Shown here piece after piece: positions 1 to 10,244 of a stretch of 64,000 bases of DNA. The notes beneath the pieces are model-generated. The model worked only from the letters and a program-made list of their open reading frames with translations, was not told where the DNA came from and did no database searches. A program made the translations under genes and the position numbers. The stretch spans positions 6,944,001 to 7,008,000 of the forward strand of contig OY759599.1 in the NCBI GenBank assembly GCA_963662465.1. Direction: 5' to 3'. The stretch's first letter is position 1, and the number at the start of each line of letters is the position of its first letter. The DNA is from Desulfatiglandales bacterium. GTDB taxonomy: Bacteria; Desulfobacterota; DSM-4660; Desulfatiglandales; Desulfatiglandaceae.

Positions 1-1239
1 TTCTGTTTCGATATGGGGGGCACCACCGCTAAATCGTGTCTCATTCAGGGAGGCGTTGCCAGCGTGGTGCCCACCTTTGAAGTGGGGCGGGTGCAGCGGT
101 TCATGAAGGGGAGCGGCCTGACTATTCAGGTGCCGGTGGTGGATCTTATGGAAATCGGGGCCGGCGGGGGCAGCATAGCGCAAGCGAGCAAGCTGGGCAC
201 TCTTCAGGTGGGGCCTGAAAGTTCCAGCGCTGAACCGGGTCCCATTTGCTATGGCAGGGGAGGGTCGGCGCCCTGCGTTACCGATGCGGACCTGGCCCTG
301 GGATATTTGGATGCGGATTATTTCCTGGGCGGCGAGATGAAACTGGATAAAGAGGCCGCCATGAAAGGGATCGAAACAGCCATTGCCCTGCCCTTGCAGG
401 TCACCCCCGTGCAGGCCATGTGGGGCATTCATGATCTCATCAATGAAACCATGGCGGGTGCTGCCAAGACCCACATTGCCGAAAAGGGGGGCAACCCCAG
501 CCAGGTAACGGTCATTGCCTTCGGGGGGGCCGGACCCGTGCATGCTTACGGGCTCACCAAGAAACTGGGCGCCAAACGATTGATTGTGCCGCCCAATGCG
601 GGCGTGGGGTCGGCCCTCGGGTTTTTTACGGCCCCCAGGGCCTTTGATCTGGTGCGAAGTCACAAAAGCGCTCTAATGGATGCGGATTTCGGTGAAATCG
701 AAAAGATTTTTGTGAATATGGAAACCGAAGGGGCCAGAACCCTGGAAGCGGGCGGGGAAACCGAAGGAATCCGGTTTGACCGGTCCGTGGATGTTCGGTT
801 TGTGGGCCAGGGATCGGAAACCAATGTCCGGGTTCCCGAAGGGGATTTTGCCGGCATCGATCCCGCGGATATTCGCCAACGGTTTGACCGGGTCTATGAA
901 AAGCTCTATGGACGGACCTATCCCGATTCCGCGGTGGAGTTTATCAACTTCAAGGTGCGGGCCAGCCTGCCCGAGCGCCTGTTGAAACTGCCCGAACTCA
1001 AAAAAAGCGATCATACCCTGTCCGATGCGGTCAAAGGGGAACGTCCGGCATTTTCAGGTATTAAAAAGGACTTCATTCCCCATACGGTCTATGACCGTTA
1101 CAAGTTGAATGCGGGTGCGGTCTTTCGAGGTCCGGCCATTATTGAAGAACGGGAATCAACGGTCATCGTGGGTGAGGATGCAGCTGTTTCCGTGGATCAA
1201 TACGGGTTTTTGTGGATTGAACTGGATGGTCAGAATTAA
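1..1239 (+). CDS. Hydantoinase A/oxoprolinase family protein (5' truncated by the window edge)
   Basis: Motifs DMGGTTAK, EIGAGGGSIA, GPESSSAEPGP..YGRGG, AFGGAGPVHA, GPAIIEE.ESTV. Confidence 0.9.
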   Translation, partial: FCFDMGGTTAKSCLIQGGVASVVPTFEVGRVQRFMKGSGLTIQVPVVDLMEIGAGGGSIAQASKLGTLQVGPESSSAEPGPICYGRGGSAPCVTDADLALGYLDADYFLGGEMKLDKEAAMKGIETAIALPLQVTPVQAMWGIHDLINETMAGAAKTHIAEKGGNPSQVTVIAFGGAGPVHAYGLTKKLGAKRLIVPPNAGVGSALGFFTAPRAFDLVRSHKSALMDADFGEIEKIFVNMETEGARTLEAGGETEGIRFDRSVDVRFVGQGSETNVRVPEGDFAGIDPADIRQRFDRVYEKLYGRTYPDSAVEFINFKVRASLPERLLKLPELKKSDHTLSDAVKGERPAFSGIKKDFIPHTVYDRYKLNAGAVFRGPAIIEERESTVIVGEDAAVSVDQYGFLWIELDGQN

Positions 1240-1249
1240 GGAGGAAACC

Positions 1250-2974
1250 ATGGGGCAACACTTTGATCCCATTACCATCGAAATACTCTGGCGACGTCTT
1301 ATCTCCATTGTGGATGAAGCCGACAGCGCCGTTTCGCGTACGGCTTTCTCAAGCCTCTTAAGGGACGCCCACGACTACACCTGCATGTTTACGGACCGCA
1401 AGGGGCGGGAACTGGCTCAGGGGTCCTTTGCCACGCCGGGTCAGTCGGGGGCCATGGCCCTCGGCATCAAGAAACTGGTGACCCAGATCCCCGTGGACAG
1501 TTACCATGAAGGTGACGTCTACATCACCAACGACCCGTGGGCACTGGCCGGCCATTTGAATGATGTGTGCGTCTTCAGCCCCATCTTTCACGAGGGAAAG
1601 TTGACGGCTTTTACGGCGTGCGTGTTTCACCATTCCGATATCGGCGGACGGGTGGCATCCGACAATCACGATGTGTTTGAAGACGGCCTTTTTATTCCTC
1701 TGGTGAAGCTCTATGACCGGGATATCCTCAACGATTCGGTGGTGGAGATGATCAAGTGGAATGTGCGGACCCCGGACGAGGTGATAGGCGATATCCGAAG
1801 TCAGATCGCGGCCAACCATGTGTGTGCGGAAAAGATCAATCAGATGTTGGATGAATATCAGCTGGAGGGGCTGGACGACCTGGCAGATGAAATCATCAGC
1901 CGCACGGAAAAAAGCATGCGGGAAGCCATATTGAAGGTCCCGGACGGCGTATATAAGGCGGAAGGAACCATTGAGCAGATGGCGGGCAAGGACGACATCA
2001 TCATCAAGGCCGCCGTTCATGTGAAGGACAGCGATATCCTGGTGGATCTGGCGGGGTCTTCCTCCCAGGTGGACTGGGGGGGGAACGTGGTGTTCAATTT
2101 TACCTACGCCTATGTTTTCATGGCCATGAAGAGCATGTTTGATCCCTATATTCCCAACAACGACGGCTGTACCGTCCCCATTGCCATGCAGGCCCCTTTG
2201 GGAAGTGTTGTCAACTGTAAATTCCCGGCGGCGGTTGCCGCCCGCATGCAGATCGGGCATTTCGTGACTGAGGTCATTTACCGGGCCATGGCGGATGTGC
2301 TGCCGGATCGGGTGATTGCCGGAAGCGGGGGAACCCCCGCCAACATGAATGTGCTCTATGGTCGGCACGGCGATGGCCGGCCCTGGCATTCGGTGCGAAT
2401 CCGCGGCGGCGGCATGGGCGCCAGTTCCCGGGCTGACGGCAATTACGTCTTCATATTTCCCGCCAACGGAGCCAACACCCCGGTGGAAATCTTTGAGAGC
2501 GATACCCCTCTCATCGTGGAAAAACGGGAACTGATGACGGATTCAGGGGGTATCGGCCGCATGAAGGGCGGCCTGGGACGGCGGATGGTGTTGAGAATCC
2601 CCGACGATGCATACGCCCCCCTTCCGCCGGTGAACTTAGGGATTCAGTCCGGGCGACATCAATATGCGGCGGAAGGTCTCTTTGGCGGCGGCAAAGGCGC
2701 CAAAGCCGCGTTTCTGGTGAACGGCAAACCCGGTAACCCTTACGGCCTCAGCCAGTTGAAGCCGGGGGATGTGGTGACCATCGACGCAGCCGGCGGCGGC
2801 GGATACGGGGATCCGCTTACGCGGGAAGTGGCGCGGGTGGAAGCGGATGTTCGGGACGGGTATGTGAGTCTGGAAGTGGCTGAAAAGAGTTACGGCGTGA
2901 TTATTGATCCCGCCACCGGCCTTGCCGATGGTGCGGCTACAGAGACAAAGCGGGCGGCCATGAGATTGCGGTAA
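1250..2974 (+). CDS. Hydantoinase B/oxoprolinase family protein
   Basis: DPITIEILWRRL, TNDPW..GHLND, HHSDIGG, GGGGYGDP; SD aaggagg before ATG 1250. Confidence 0.9.
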   Translation: MGQHFDPITIEILWRRLISIVDEADSAVSRTAFSSLLRDAHDYTCMFTDRKGRELAQGSFATPGQSGAMALGIKKLVTQIPVDSYHEGDVYITNDPWALAGHLNDVCVFSPIFHEGKLTAFTACVFHHSDIGGRVASDNHDVFEDGLFIPLVKLYDRDILNDSVVEMIKWNVRTPDEVIGDIRSQIAANHVCAEKINQMLDEYQLEGLDDLADEIISRTEKSMREAILKVPDGVYKAEGTIEQMAGKDDIIIKAAVHVKDSDILVDLAGSSSQVDWGGNVVFNFTYAYVFMAMKSMFDPYIPNNDGCTVPIAMQAPLGSVVNCKFPAAVAARMQIGHFVTEVIYRAMADVLPDRVIAGSGGTPANMNVLYGRHGDGRPWHSVRIRGGGMGASSRADGNYVFIFPANGANTPVEIFESDTPLIVEKRELMTDSGGIGRMKGGLGRRMVLRIPDDAYAPLPPVNLGIQSGRHQYAAEGLFGGGKGAKAAFLVNGKPGNPYGLSQLKPGDVVTIDAAGGGGYGDPLTREVARVEADVRDGYVSLEVAEKSYGVIIDPATGLADGAATETKRAAMRLR

Positions 2975-3040
2975 AGACCGGTTTAACGGAAGAAGAAATG
3001 TTTGTATTGCGGCGGGATGTTGTGGAAATCAATTCGCGGT

Positions 3041-4165
3041 TCAATTCATGAGGTTCCTTACAAATTCGGCGATCTGTTCCGCGCCGTTCGGTCCTTCCCG
3101 CTGAATGCGGGGAATTGCCGGCAGACGGGGAATAGCGGTCGCCCATTCCCCTGTCCGGAAGTGCTCTTCCTTGATGGCAAAACCGCTCATGTGTTTTTCG
3201 ATGTAGTCCGCCAGAATATCGGATTCCCGAAAATTCGACCGTTTGATGAATCCAAAGGGGATACCTTCATGATAGATCTCGGCAAGCGTACTGTACCCGA
3301 CTTTTCCGATGACCCCGTCGGCTGCGGCAATGAGATCCGGATGAAAGAACGCGGATTGATGCGGCAGGCTGATCCGGCGATCATGGATCTTAAATGAACG
3401 GTCTGCTCCGGGAATCACCAGGTAGAGATCTTCCGGCAGGGTCAGCGTTTCCATGAAACCATAGTTTTCGGGAACGCCGCCCATGGTCATGAGCAGGAGC
3501 CTGGCGCCGTTCGGTATACCCAGCCGCCACCGGATTTCGTGCCTGTCGCTCCTTGGACTCCGGCTCACGGGGGCGACCGTGAGATCAACCGCACCGGACG
3601 CACATGCGGGCTGCGTCTGCACATGGTAACTTGCCTGACGGAAAAGGGACTTCAGGTAGTCCGCGTGTCGCCTCAAGCCATTCTGAACAGCGAAGTATTC
3701 TTCATAAACCCAGTCCCAGGTAAAATTTTCCACCAGAACGGAAGGTACGCCAGCTTCATGGGCAACGGCAATACCCATGGGTGCAATGTCACAGATCACC
3801 AGTAAGCAGTCCATCCGCCTAATCTGTTTAGACTGCTCCCGGATCATCTCCGTCTCAAAAGGGATGAAGCGGTCGAGTTGCTCGACGGTTCCCGGAAGAT
3901 CCGCGTGCAGGGATGTCTTCTGAACCAGCCCGATATCCGTCAATAGGGGGTGATGGGAGAAGCCGTACCCGATGGAGTCTTCAAAAAACCAAGGGGGAAC
4001 CGTTGTAAAGATCTCGAAATGAATCCGGGGATCTGTTTTGTGGAGAGCGGCCATGACGGCTGAGGCTCTGGCGGCGTGTCCGAACCCGTGGGGGGAGATG
4101 AAGTAGGCGATCCGTTTATCCATTTTATCCGACCTGTGGCGTTTGTCTGAATTGGTTCCCAGCAA
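3041..4165 (-). CDS. GT-B glycosyltransferase-like protein (resembles the arabinokinase N-terminal domain)
   Basis: YFISPHGFGHAAR, IGKVGYSTLAE, RESDIL motifs. Confidence 0.7.
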   Translation of the reverse strand: MLGTNSDKRHRSDKMDKRIAYFISPHGFGHAARASAVMAALHKTDPRIHFEIFTTVPPWFFEDSIGYGFSHHPLLTDIGLVQKTSLHADLPGTVEQLDRFIPFETEMIREQSKQIRRMDCLLVICDIAPMGIAVAHEAGVPSVLVENFTWDWVYEEYFAVQNGLRRHADYLKSLFRQASYHVQTQPACASGAVDLTVAPVSRSPRSDRHEIRWRLGIPNGARLLLMTMGGVPENYGFMETLTLPEDLYLVIPGADRSFKIHDRRISLPHQSAFFHPDLIAAADGVIGKVGYSTLAEIYHEGIPFGFIKRSNFRESDILADYIEKHMSGFAIKEEHFRTGEWATAIPRLPAIPRIQREGPNGAEQIAEFVRNLMN

Positions 4166-4184
4166 TATTTAGCGCGGAAAATAT

Positions 4185-4769
4185 TCATTGCCGGGGAAAT
4201 ACTTGGCTCAAGTCCACGCTGAAATCCGGCAGAACATTTACGTCAATCACTTCCTCTTCCGAACAAACTTGAAATAGCGAATACCCACCGTCTTTGCCGA
4301 TTCTGTAAATATGGACCAGCCTGTAGGTGGGATCCACCAGCCAGTATTCTTTTACCCCGTGTTTTTCATAAAGTCTTCGTTTCTGGATATGATCCCGGGA
4401 AGCCGTGGAAGGTGAAATGATTTCGATGATCCAGTCCGGCGTTCCCCGACACCCCCGATCGTCAACTTTTTTTTCGTCGCAGATGACTGAAATATCCGGT
4501 TGTACGACGGTTTTCCAGTTTTTATCACTAATATCCGGCGTTCCCAGTCGAACGTCAAAGGGAGCGGCAAAAACTTCACACCCTTTATCCTCTACATGGT
4601 TGTAAATCATGCTGAAAAGGGCGCCGGATATACGTTGGTGTGCGGTTGTGGGGGCAGGCGACATGCCGTAGGCCACGCCTTCAATGATTTCCCACCGGGC
4701 CTCATTTGTCCAGGTGAGATAATCCTCATAGGTATAGCGGGCATCGGTTTTTAGCGACGGCGACGGCAT
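4185..4769 (-). CDS. Uma2 family putative endonuclease
   Basis: YTYEDY..WEIIEG..MSPAP..HQ, VQPDI, IEIISPST, GVKEYWLVDP. Confidence 0.92.
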   Translation of the reverse strand: MPSPSLKTDARYTYEDYLTWTNEARWEIIEGVAYGMSPAPTTAHQRISGALFSMIYNHVEDKGCEVFAAPFDVRLGTPDISDKNWKTVVQPDISVICDEKKVDDRGCRGTPDWIIEIISPSTASRDHIQKRRLYEKHGVKEYWLVDPTYRLVHIYRIGKDGGYSLFQVCSEEEVIDVNVLPDFSVDLSQVFPRQ

Positions 4770-4973
4770 GGGATTTCCTCCTGCCGGAAAAACATTTTTT
4801 TAAACGATTCAGCGAAATTTCTTAAAAATACTAACGTAGATTCTGTTCCTTGTAAAGGGCTTTGGGTGGGCCTTTCCGAGCATCCTTCATTTCTCGGTTT
4901 ACAGTTCCGGTTTTCCAATCATTTAAACAGCGTAAACTACTTTTTGCGCCTCATGAAGGATGCCGTAAAATTC

Positions 4974-5003
4974 TTGACAAATCGGGAACTTTTAGCGAAT
5001 AAT
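4974..5003 (+). promoter_or_regulatory. Possible sigma70 promoter for the Rpn gene
   Basis: TTGACA-N18-AATAAT about 95 nt upstream of ATG 5097. Confidence 0.3.
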
Positions 5004-5096
5004 TTTGTAAATGCATTAAATGAAAGATGACAGGAGGGTGGCGAAGCCTCCCTTATCAACAGGTTCCAGCAATACCGGATCACAGGGAGGGTAAAT

Positions 5097-5996
5097 ATGC
5101 CAAAAAGAAGATTAATCAGCTTTGACTGGGCTATGAAGAAGCTCCTGCGGAGCAAGGCCAATTTCGAAATTTTGGAAGGTTTTCTCAGTGAACTCCTGAA
5201 AGAGGATATTCATATCCTTGAAATTCTTGAAAGCGAGAGCAACAAGGAAACCCCCATCGACAAATTCAACCGCGTCGATCTTAAAGTTAAAAATCAAAAA
5301 AATGAAATCATTATCATTGAAGTTCAATATGAATGCGAGTTTGACTACCTGCAACGAATTCTATTCGGCACATCCAAAGTCGTCACTGAGCATATCAACA
5401 AAAAAGAAACCTATGCAAATGTCGTCAAAGTGATATCCGTCAACATCCTTTACTTTGATTTAGGACATGGAGAAGACTATGTATATCATGGTGTTACGTT
5501 CTTTAAAGGCTTGCACAAACAGGATATCCTGCAACTTTCCGCTGATCAGCAAAAACTTTATAAAAGGGATAAAATCCATGAGATATTCCCGGAATACTAT
5601 TTAATCAAGGTGAATAATTTCAACGACGTGGCCAAAGACAGCCTTGATGAATGGATATATTTTCTTAAAAATGAAGAGATAAAAGAAGATTTTAAAGGCA
5701 AGGGGCTTAAAAAAGCCAAAGCGGAACTCGATATTTTGAAACTTCCGGAAAATGAACGTATTGATTACGAAAGATATCAGGAGGATCTTCGTTACCAGGC
5801 GAGCATGGTTGAATCGTCCTACACCATCGGCATGATGAAAGGCGAAGAAAAAGGGATCGAAAAAGGGATTGAGCAAGGTGGTAAAAAGAAAGCCATGGAA
5901 ATCGCAAAAAATCTGATGGGCTTGCTGGATACGGCAACAATTGCCGCGAATACCGGTTTGACGGAAGAGGAAATTATGGTATTGCGGCGGGAATAG
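5097..5996 (+). CDS. Rpn family PD-(D/E)XK recombination-promoting nuclease/putative transposase
   Basis: SFDWAMKKLL, RVDL..IIIEVQ, C-terminal GIEKGIEQG repeats and IAKNL..TGLTEEEI. Confidence 0.9.
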   Translation: MPKRRLISFDWAMKKLLRSKANFEILEGFLSELLKEDIHILEILESESNKETPIDKFNRVDLKVKNQKNEIIIIEVQYECEFDYLQRILFGTSKVVTEHINKKETYANVVKVISVNILYFDLGHGEDYVYHGVTFFKGLHKQDILQLSADQQKLYKRDKIHEIFPEYYLIKVNNFNDVAKDSLDEWIYFLKNEEIKEDFKGKGLKKAKAELDILKLPENERIDYERYQEDLRYQASMVESSYTIGMMKGEEKGIEKGIEQGGKKKAMEIAKNLMGLLDTATIAANTGLTEEEIMVLRRE

Positions 5997-6107
5997 ATGA
6001 GGTTTGGGATGATGTCTAAACCGGGTGATTTCGTGGGGGTACTTTTTCCCTATTCCGACTTGACAACCAAGAAAAGACGTCCGGTTTTGGTTTTGACGGC
6101 GCCTGAC
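5996..6107 (+). pseudogene. 5' fragment of a PemK/MazF toxin gene (copy of 10221-10332)
   Basis: Near-identical DNA to 10221-10332; encodes KPGDFVGVLFPYSDLTTKKRRPVLVLTAPD. Confidence 0.85.
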
Positions 6108-6143
6108 GGGATGGGGTATATGTCATTATTGGCCTCCTCTCCA

Positions 6144-6185
6144 TTTTGAACACGATTCACAGGATTTAACACGATGAACAGGATT
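6144..6185. repeat. 42-bp periodic repeat, exact reverse complement of 11501-11542
   Basis: ttttgaacacgattcacaggatttaacacgatgaacaggatt. Confidence 0.9.
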
Positions 6186-6260
6186 GGAATACAACGTTCT
6201 GACTCCTTCTAAGTGATTTTTATGATTGGCCATATTGATGGACGCAGAGCGTCCGAAGTG

Positions 6261-6285
6261 CGTTCCCACGCGGAGCATGGGAACG
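6261..6285. repeat. REP-like hairpin (CGTTCCCACG...TGGGAACG), the intron target site
   Basis: cgttcccacgcggagcatgggaacg; relatives at 12921, 23933 and 32349. Confidence 0.8.
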
Positions 6286-8188
6286 GTGCGCCTGTGAAGG
6301 CGCTTTATCAGTGCGGTGAAAGTCCGTACCGGAGTATGCCATAGCTCCGTAGCCGAAGGTAACTGCGTCGCCGCGAGGCGGGGTGGAGAGCAACCGGAGG
6401 CGAAAAGTCAGTCCGTAGGATGACGAACCCGATTCGGTGTCATGTGGTGGCGAGCCTACCGTTCCATGGTGAAGCCTGAAACTCACAGACCACGCTGTAA
6501 TGGCGGTTAAAGCGATGGTTTGACGGCATGGTATGTTTGGGGTCGGAATGACTGGAAGGTAAAGCGAGATAAGCAGGGAGACCTGTCTCTTGGGGTGACA
6601 GGAGGCAGGAGTCAGAGTCCTCATAGTACCGTAGCGACAGAACGGTCCTGCTAACAAGGCTTACGGCGTGAGACCAGTACCCGCCGCCTGCGTCGGATAC
6701 CGGGTTGTGAAAAGCGCGGATAGCAAAACCGTGCCGAGGGAAGGAGGATAGGAAGATAGATACGGAAAGGTCATATAGATGCAGCTAAATCAAGCAGTCT
6801 CGGCAGTGTTGGAAACAACTAAACGCGAGGCAGAAACCCGATGGGATTGGGTGGAAGCATCGGTGTGGACGGAACGTATGTTGGCAGCCCTGGGTAACGG
6901 GGTGAAAGGTGGTAAATGGTACAGTTTGATGGATAAGGTGTTCGCCTTGTCGACGCTGGAAGCGGCTTGGGGACGTGTCAAAGCCAATAAAGGAGCGGCA
7001 GGGATAGACCGTATCAGCATAAAGCGCTTTAAGGAGCAGGCGGAGAAATACCTTGCCGAACTGCATGAAACCTTGAAAGCGGGAACGTACCGACCGGAAG
7101 CGGTAAAACGGGTATACATTCCGAAAAGCGACGGCAAACAACGCCCGCTGGGGATACCCACGGTCAAAGACCGGGTAGTGCAGGCAGCGGTTAAAATGGT
7201 TATGGAGCCCATATTCGAGCATGAATTTCTGCCGATGAGTTACGGCTTCAGGCCGCAAAGAGGTTGCAAGGACGCGTTGCGAGAAGTAGACGCGCTTATT
7301 AAGGAAGGCTACACCTTCATACTGGACGCCGACCTGAAAAGTTACTTTGATACGATTCCGCACGATAAGCTGATGCAACAAGTCGAAATGCGCATCAGCG
7401 ACGGCAAATTGCTCAATCTGATTCAAATGTTCCTGAAACAGGACGTGATGGACGGCTTGGAAAGATGGACACCGACGGGTGGTTCGCCACAAGGGGCGGT
7501 AGTCAGCCCCTTGCTTGCGAATATTTACCTGCATCCTCTTGACAGCCTGATCGCGGAATCAGGTATGCGGATGGTGCGTTACGCGGACGACTTTGTTATC
7601 CTCAGCCGCAGTCAAACGGAAGCGGAGAATGCTTTGCAAAAGGTACGGGAGTGGGTACAGGCTAATGACCTGAGCTTACACCCGGACAAGACGCATCTTG
7701 GCGACTGTCGACAAAAGGGTCAGGGATTTGAATTCCTGGGATACCGGTTTGAGGCAGGAAAGCGCTGGATACGCAGTAAAAGCCGTAAAGCCCTTCGTGA
7801 TAAAATCCGGGAAGAGACCCGGCGCAAACGTAGCGGAAGTATGGAAAGCATCATTGATGATCTGAACCCCATGCTTGAAGGCTGGTTTGGTTACTTCAAA
7901 CACGCCTACCGCACTGAGTTTGCGGCGGTGGATAAGTTTGTCCGCCGACGCTTACGCGCCGTATTATTGCGTCGTAACAAACGCAAGGGCTGGGGCAAAA
8001 GCCTTGAAGCCCACCGCCGCTGGCCGAATGCCTACTTCGCGAAAATCGGGCTTTTCACTATGCATGAGGCCCGGTTAGCAGCGTGCCGATCCCGATGAGG
8101 AAACTATCGACCGGAGAGCCGTGTGCGGGAGAACCGCATGCACGGTTCGGAGGGAGGGGAGAGCCAAGAGGCTCTTTCCTACCCCTAT
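6286..8188 (+). mobile_element. Group II intron (complete, endonuclease-less)
   Basis: 5' GTGCG at 6286; domain V gagccgtgtgcgggagaaccgcatgcacggttc and domain VI ending cctacccctAT at 8188; EBS1 cgttcc (6460-6465) complements exon ggaacg (6280-6285); joined exons match the empty site at 12921-12974. Confidence 0.93.
6779..8098 (+). CDS. ltrA: Group II intron reverse transcriptase/maturase
   Basis: GAAGID, RPLGIPTVKDR, PQGAVVSPLLANIYL, RYADD, FEFLGY, maturase X domain GWFGYF; no HNH domain. Confidence 0.95.
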   Translation: MQLNQAVSAVLETTKREAETRWDWVEASVWTERMLAALGNGVKGGKWYSLMDKVFALSTLEAAWGRVKANKGAAGIDRISIKRFKEQAEKYLAELHETLKAGTYRPEAVKRVYIPKSDGKQRPLGIPTVKDRVVQAAVKMVMEPIFEHEFLPMSYGFRPQRGCKDALREVDALIKEGYTFILDADLKSYFDTIPHDKLMQQVEMRISDGKLLNLIQMFLKQDVMDGLERWTPTGGSPQGAVVSPLLANIYLHPLDSLIAESGMRMVRYADDFVILSRSQTEAENALQKVREWVQANDLSLHPDKTHLGDCRQKGQGFEFLGYRFEAGKRWIRSKSRKALRDKIREETRRKRSGSMESIIDDLNPMLEGWFGYFKHAYRTEFAAVDKFVRRRLRAVLLRRNKRKGWGKSLEAHRRWPNAYFAKIGLFTMHEARLAACRSR

Positions 8189-8249
8189 AGCCCTCAAACA
8201 ATCAAAGTGTAACCCACAAAATGAAGGATGCTGTTAGCAATTTGTTGGC

Positions 8250-8297
8250 CATTGGCAATCCTGTCCATCCTTTAATCTTTTAAATCGTGTTCAAAAA
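8250..8297. repeat. 48-bp repeat, exact reverse complement of 11018-11065 (GxxExxY upstream repeat); degenerate copy at 9305-9350
   Basis: cattggcaatcctgtccatcctttaatcttttaaatcgtgttcaaaaa. Confidence 0.9.
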
Positions 8298-8368
8298 CAT
8301 GTGCCTTGATTGCAATCCTTTTTGTCAGTATATTGGGAACAAAATAGACTGAAAAATCCCATCTATCG

Positions 8369-9187
8369 ATGCAAAAAAGTCAAAACGAGGACATGAATAT
8401 AATGCAAAAACACTTGTTGCTGCGTGCTTTCATCGTTCGCCTTTTACTGTTTTTCCTGTTGGCATGCCTCGCGACCCCCGCCTTCGCCAGCGACAAAATC
8501 GGCTTGGACCTGGAATGGCGGCCCATTACGGGGATTCCGAAAGCGCCGCCTGTGGCTACCGAGAGCAGCAGCCGTCCCGGAAAAACCTGGACCGACCCGG
8601 TCACCGGCATGGAATTCGTGTGGACGCCGGGCGGGTGCTACCAGATGGGGTGCGGGAGTTGGGCCGGGAATTGCGATAACGATGAAAAACCGGTCCATGA
8701 GGTGTGCCTGGACGGATTCTGGATAGGGAAGCATGAGTTGACCCAGGGCCAGTGGGAAAAAATGATGGGAGGTAATCCGTCTCGTTTCAAGGGAACAAAC
8801 CGTCCGGTGGAAAAGGTATCCTGGAATGACTGCCAAAAATTCATTGATCGGTTAAACGGAAAGCGCTAGGGGCGTTACAAATTTCGCTTGCCCACGGAAA
8901 CGGAATGGGAATATGTTTGCCGAAGCGGCGGAAAAGCGGAGAAGTATGCGGGCGGAAATGATGTGGACCGGGTGGCGTGGTACACGAAAAACAGCGGCAA
9001 TAAGACCCATGATGTGGGCGCCAGGGCGCCCAACGGCCTTGGGGTTTACGACATGAGCGGGAATGTGTGGGAATGTGTGAGGACAGATGGGCGGACAAAT
9101 ACCCGTCCGGTTCTCAGCGAAATCCCACGGGTCCTGCCGGCGGCGCCGGCGGCGATTTGGGCTTTCGCCTCGTGAGGACAAATTAGC
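8369..9187 (+). pseudogene. Secreted FGE-sulfatase (SUMF1/CLec fold) domain protein, disrupted
   Basis: Signal peptide, GMEFVW.PGG.Y.MG, PVE.VSW.D, RLPTETEWEY, GVYDMSGNVWE, LGFRLV; in-frame TAG at 8867, frameshift near 9075, RGGSW segment missing. Confidence 0.85.
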
Positions 9188-9347
9188 TTTTGGTTTTTTA
9201 CCTTTTTACCTTTTGCCGAAATGCAGCGGAAGCGGACCGACCAAGGGGGGGAGAGATCCTCTCACATTCAAAATTTCGGCTACGACCACAAGCTGGAACC
9301 GTTGTTTGAACACGATTTAAAAGATTAAATGATGGGCAGGATTGCCA

Positions 9348-9525
9348 ATGATCGATAAACCGCAAACAAATTGTTTTCTCATAACGAGCGGCGGGATTAA
9401 CGAATTGACGCATGTGATCATCGGTTGCGCGATGAAGGTTCACAGTTCGCTCGGCAATGGATTCGAAGAGGTGATCTATCAACGCGCCCTGGTGATTGAA
9501 ATGACTTTTCAGGGGTTATCGTTTG
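9348..9525 (+). pseudogene. 5' fragment of a GxxExxY protein gene
   Basis: GNGFEEVIYQRAL; near-identical to 11063-11240 and truncated after GLSF. Confidence 0.85.
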
Positions 9526-9555
9526 ACAAAGGGCAAGAAAGAATTGTCGGAGACG

Positions 9556-9834
9556 ATGGAAATGCAGATTGAAGAAAAAGACGTGGTCGATAGACTCCAA
9601 GCATATCTGGATCACCATATTTCTCTGTCACAACTGGTTAACTGGGCGGAGCGGGCGATGATGGATGGGGCTTTTGTTGGAGAAAACCGGGAAAAGGTCA
9701 GGGATATTGTGGCTCGTCTTGGAGTGGCCGATGTTTTTGCCTTTGGTCTATCCTGGGAGGATTTTGAACAGGCATTGACCGCATTGAGATACGGTACGGA
9801 AGTGCGGATTTTTTGTGTTTCGGGATTGAATTGA
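9556..9834 (+). CDS. Small hypothetical protein (possible orphan antitoxin)
   Basis: ORF with ggag SD in a TA-rich context; no recognised motif. Confidence 0.5.
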   Translation: MEMQIEEKDVVDRLQAYLDHHISLSQLVNWAERAMMDGAFVGENREKVRDIVARLGVADVFAFGLSWEDFEQALTALRYGTEVRIFCVSGLN

Positions 9835-10043
9835 TGTTGTGTTTTTTTGAAGCACGGGATGAAAGTCTTGAGGGTTTGGACGCAGATCGTGCGGGAACAC
9901 CCTAGAATCTTTCTGATACCCGTACACCCAGGAAAAGGGGGTTTCCATGAAAAGCTTCATTTATTTTCAAGAACCTTTTGTCGGCAAAAGCAATACGGGA
10001 TGTACCACCAACCACCCGTGATTTTTCAGGGAGCTATTTGAAT

Positions 10044-10244
10044 ATGGACATTGCCCAAAAAATATATAACGAAGCGCAACGACTTCCAGAGGTTTTGGCC
10101 AGAGAAGTTCTTGATTTTATCGGGTATATCGAAGCAAAACACCGGCTGAATGCCATGGGAACTGATGAACTGAAAAAAGCTCAGGAAAAAGTTATGGAGC
10201 ATATCTGGGATAATACGGAAGATGAGGTTTGGAATGATCTGTAA
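10044..10244 (+). CDS. DUF2281-like antitoxin
   Basis: LPE.LAREVLDFIGYI, acidic tail WDNTEDEVWNDL; overlaps the toxin start. Confidence 0.75.
   Translation: MDIAQKIYNEAQRLPEVLAREVLDFIGYIEAKHRLNAMGTDELKKAQEKVMEHIWDNTEDEVWNDL

Noticed and set aside
8867..8869. Pyrrolysine read-through of the in-frame TAG in the FGE gene
   Set aside because: A downstream frameshift and deletion indicate a pseudogene, and no pyl genes are in the window.
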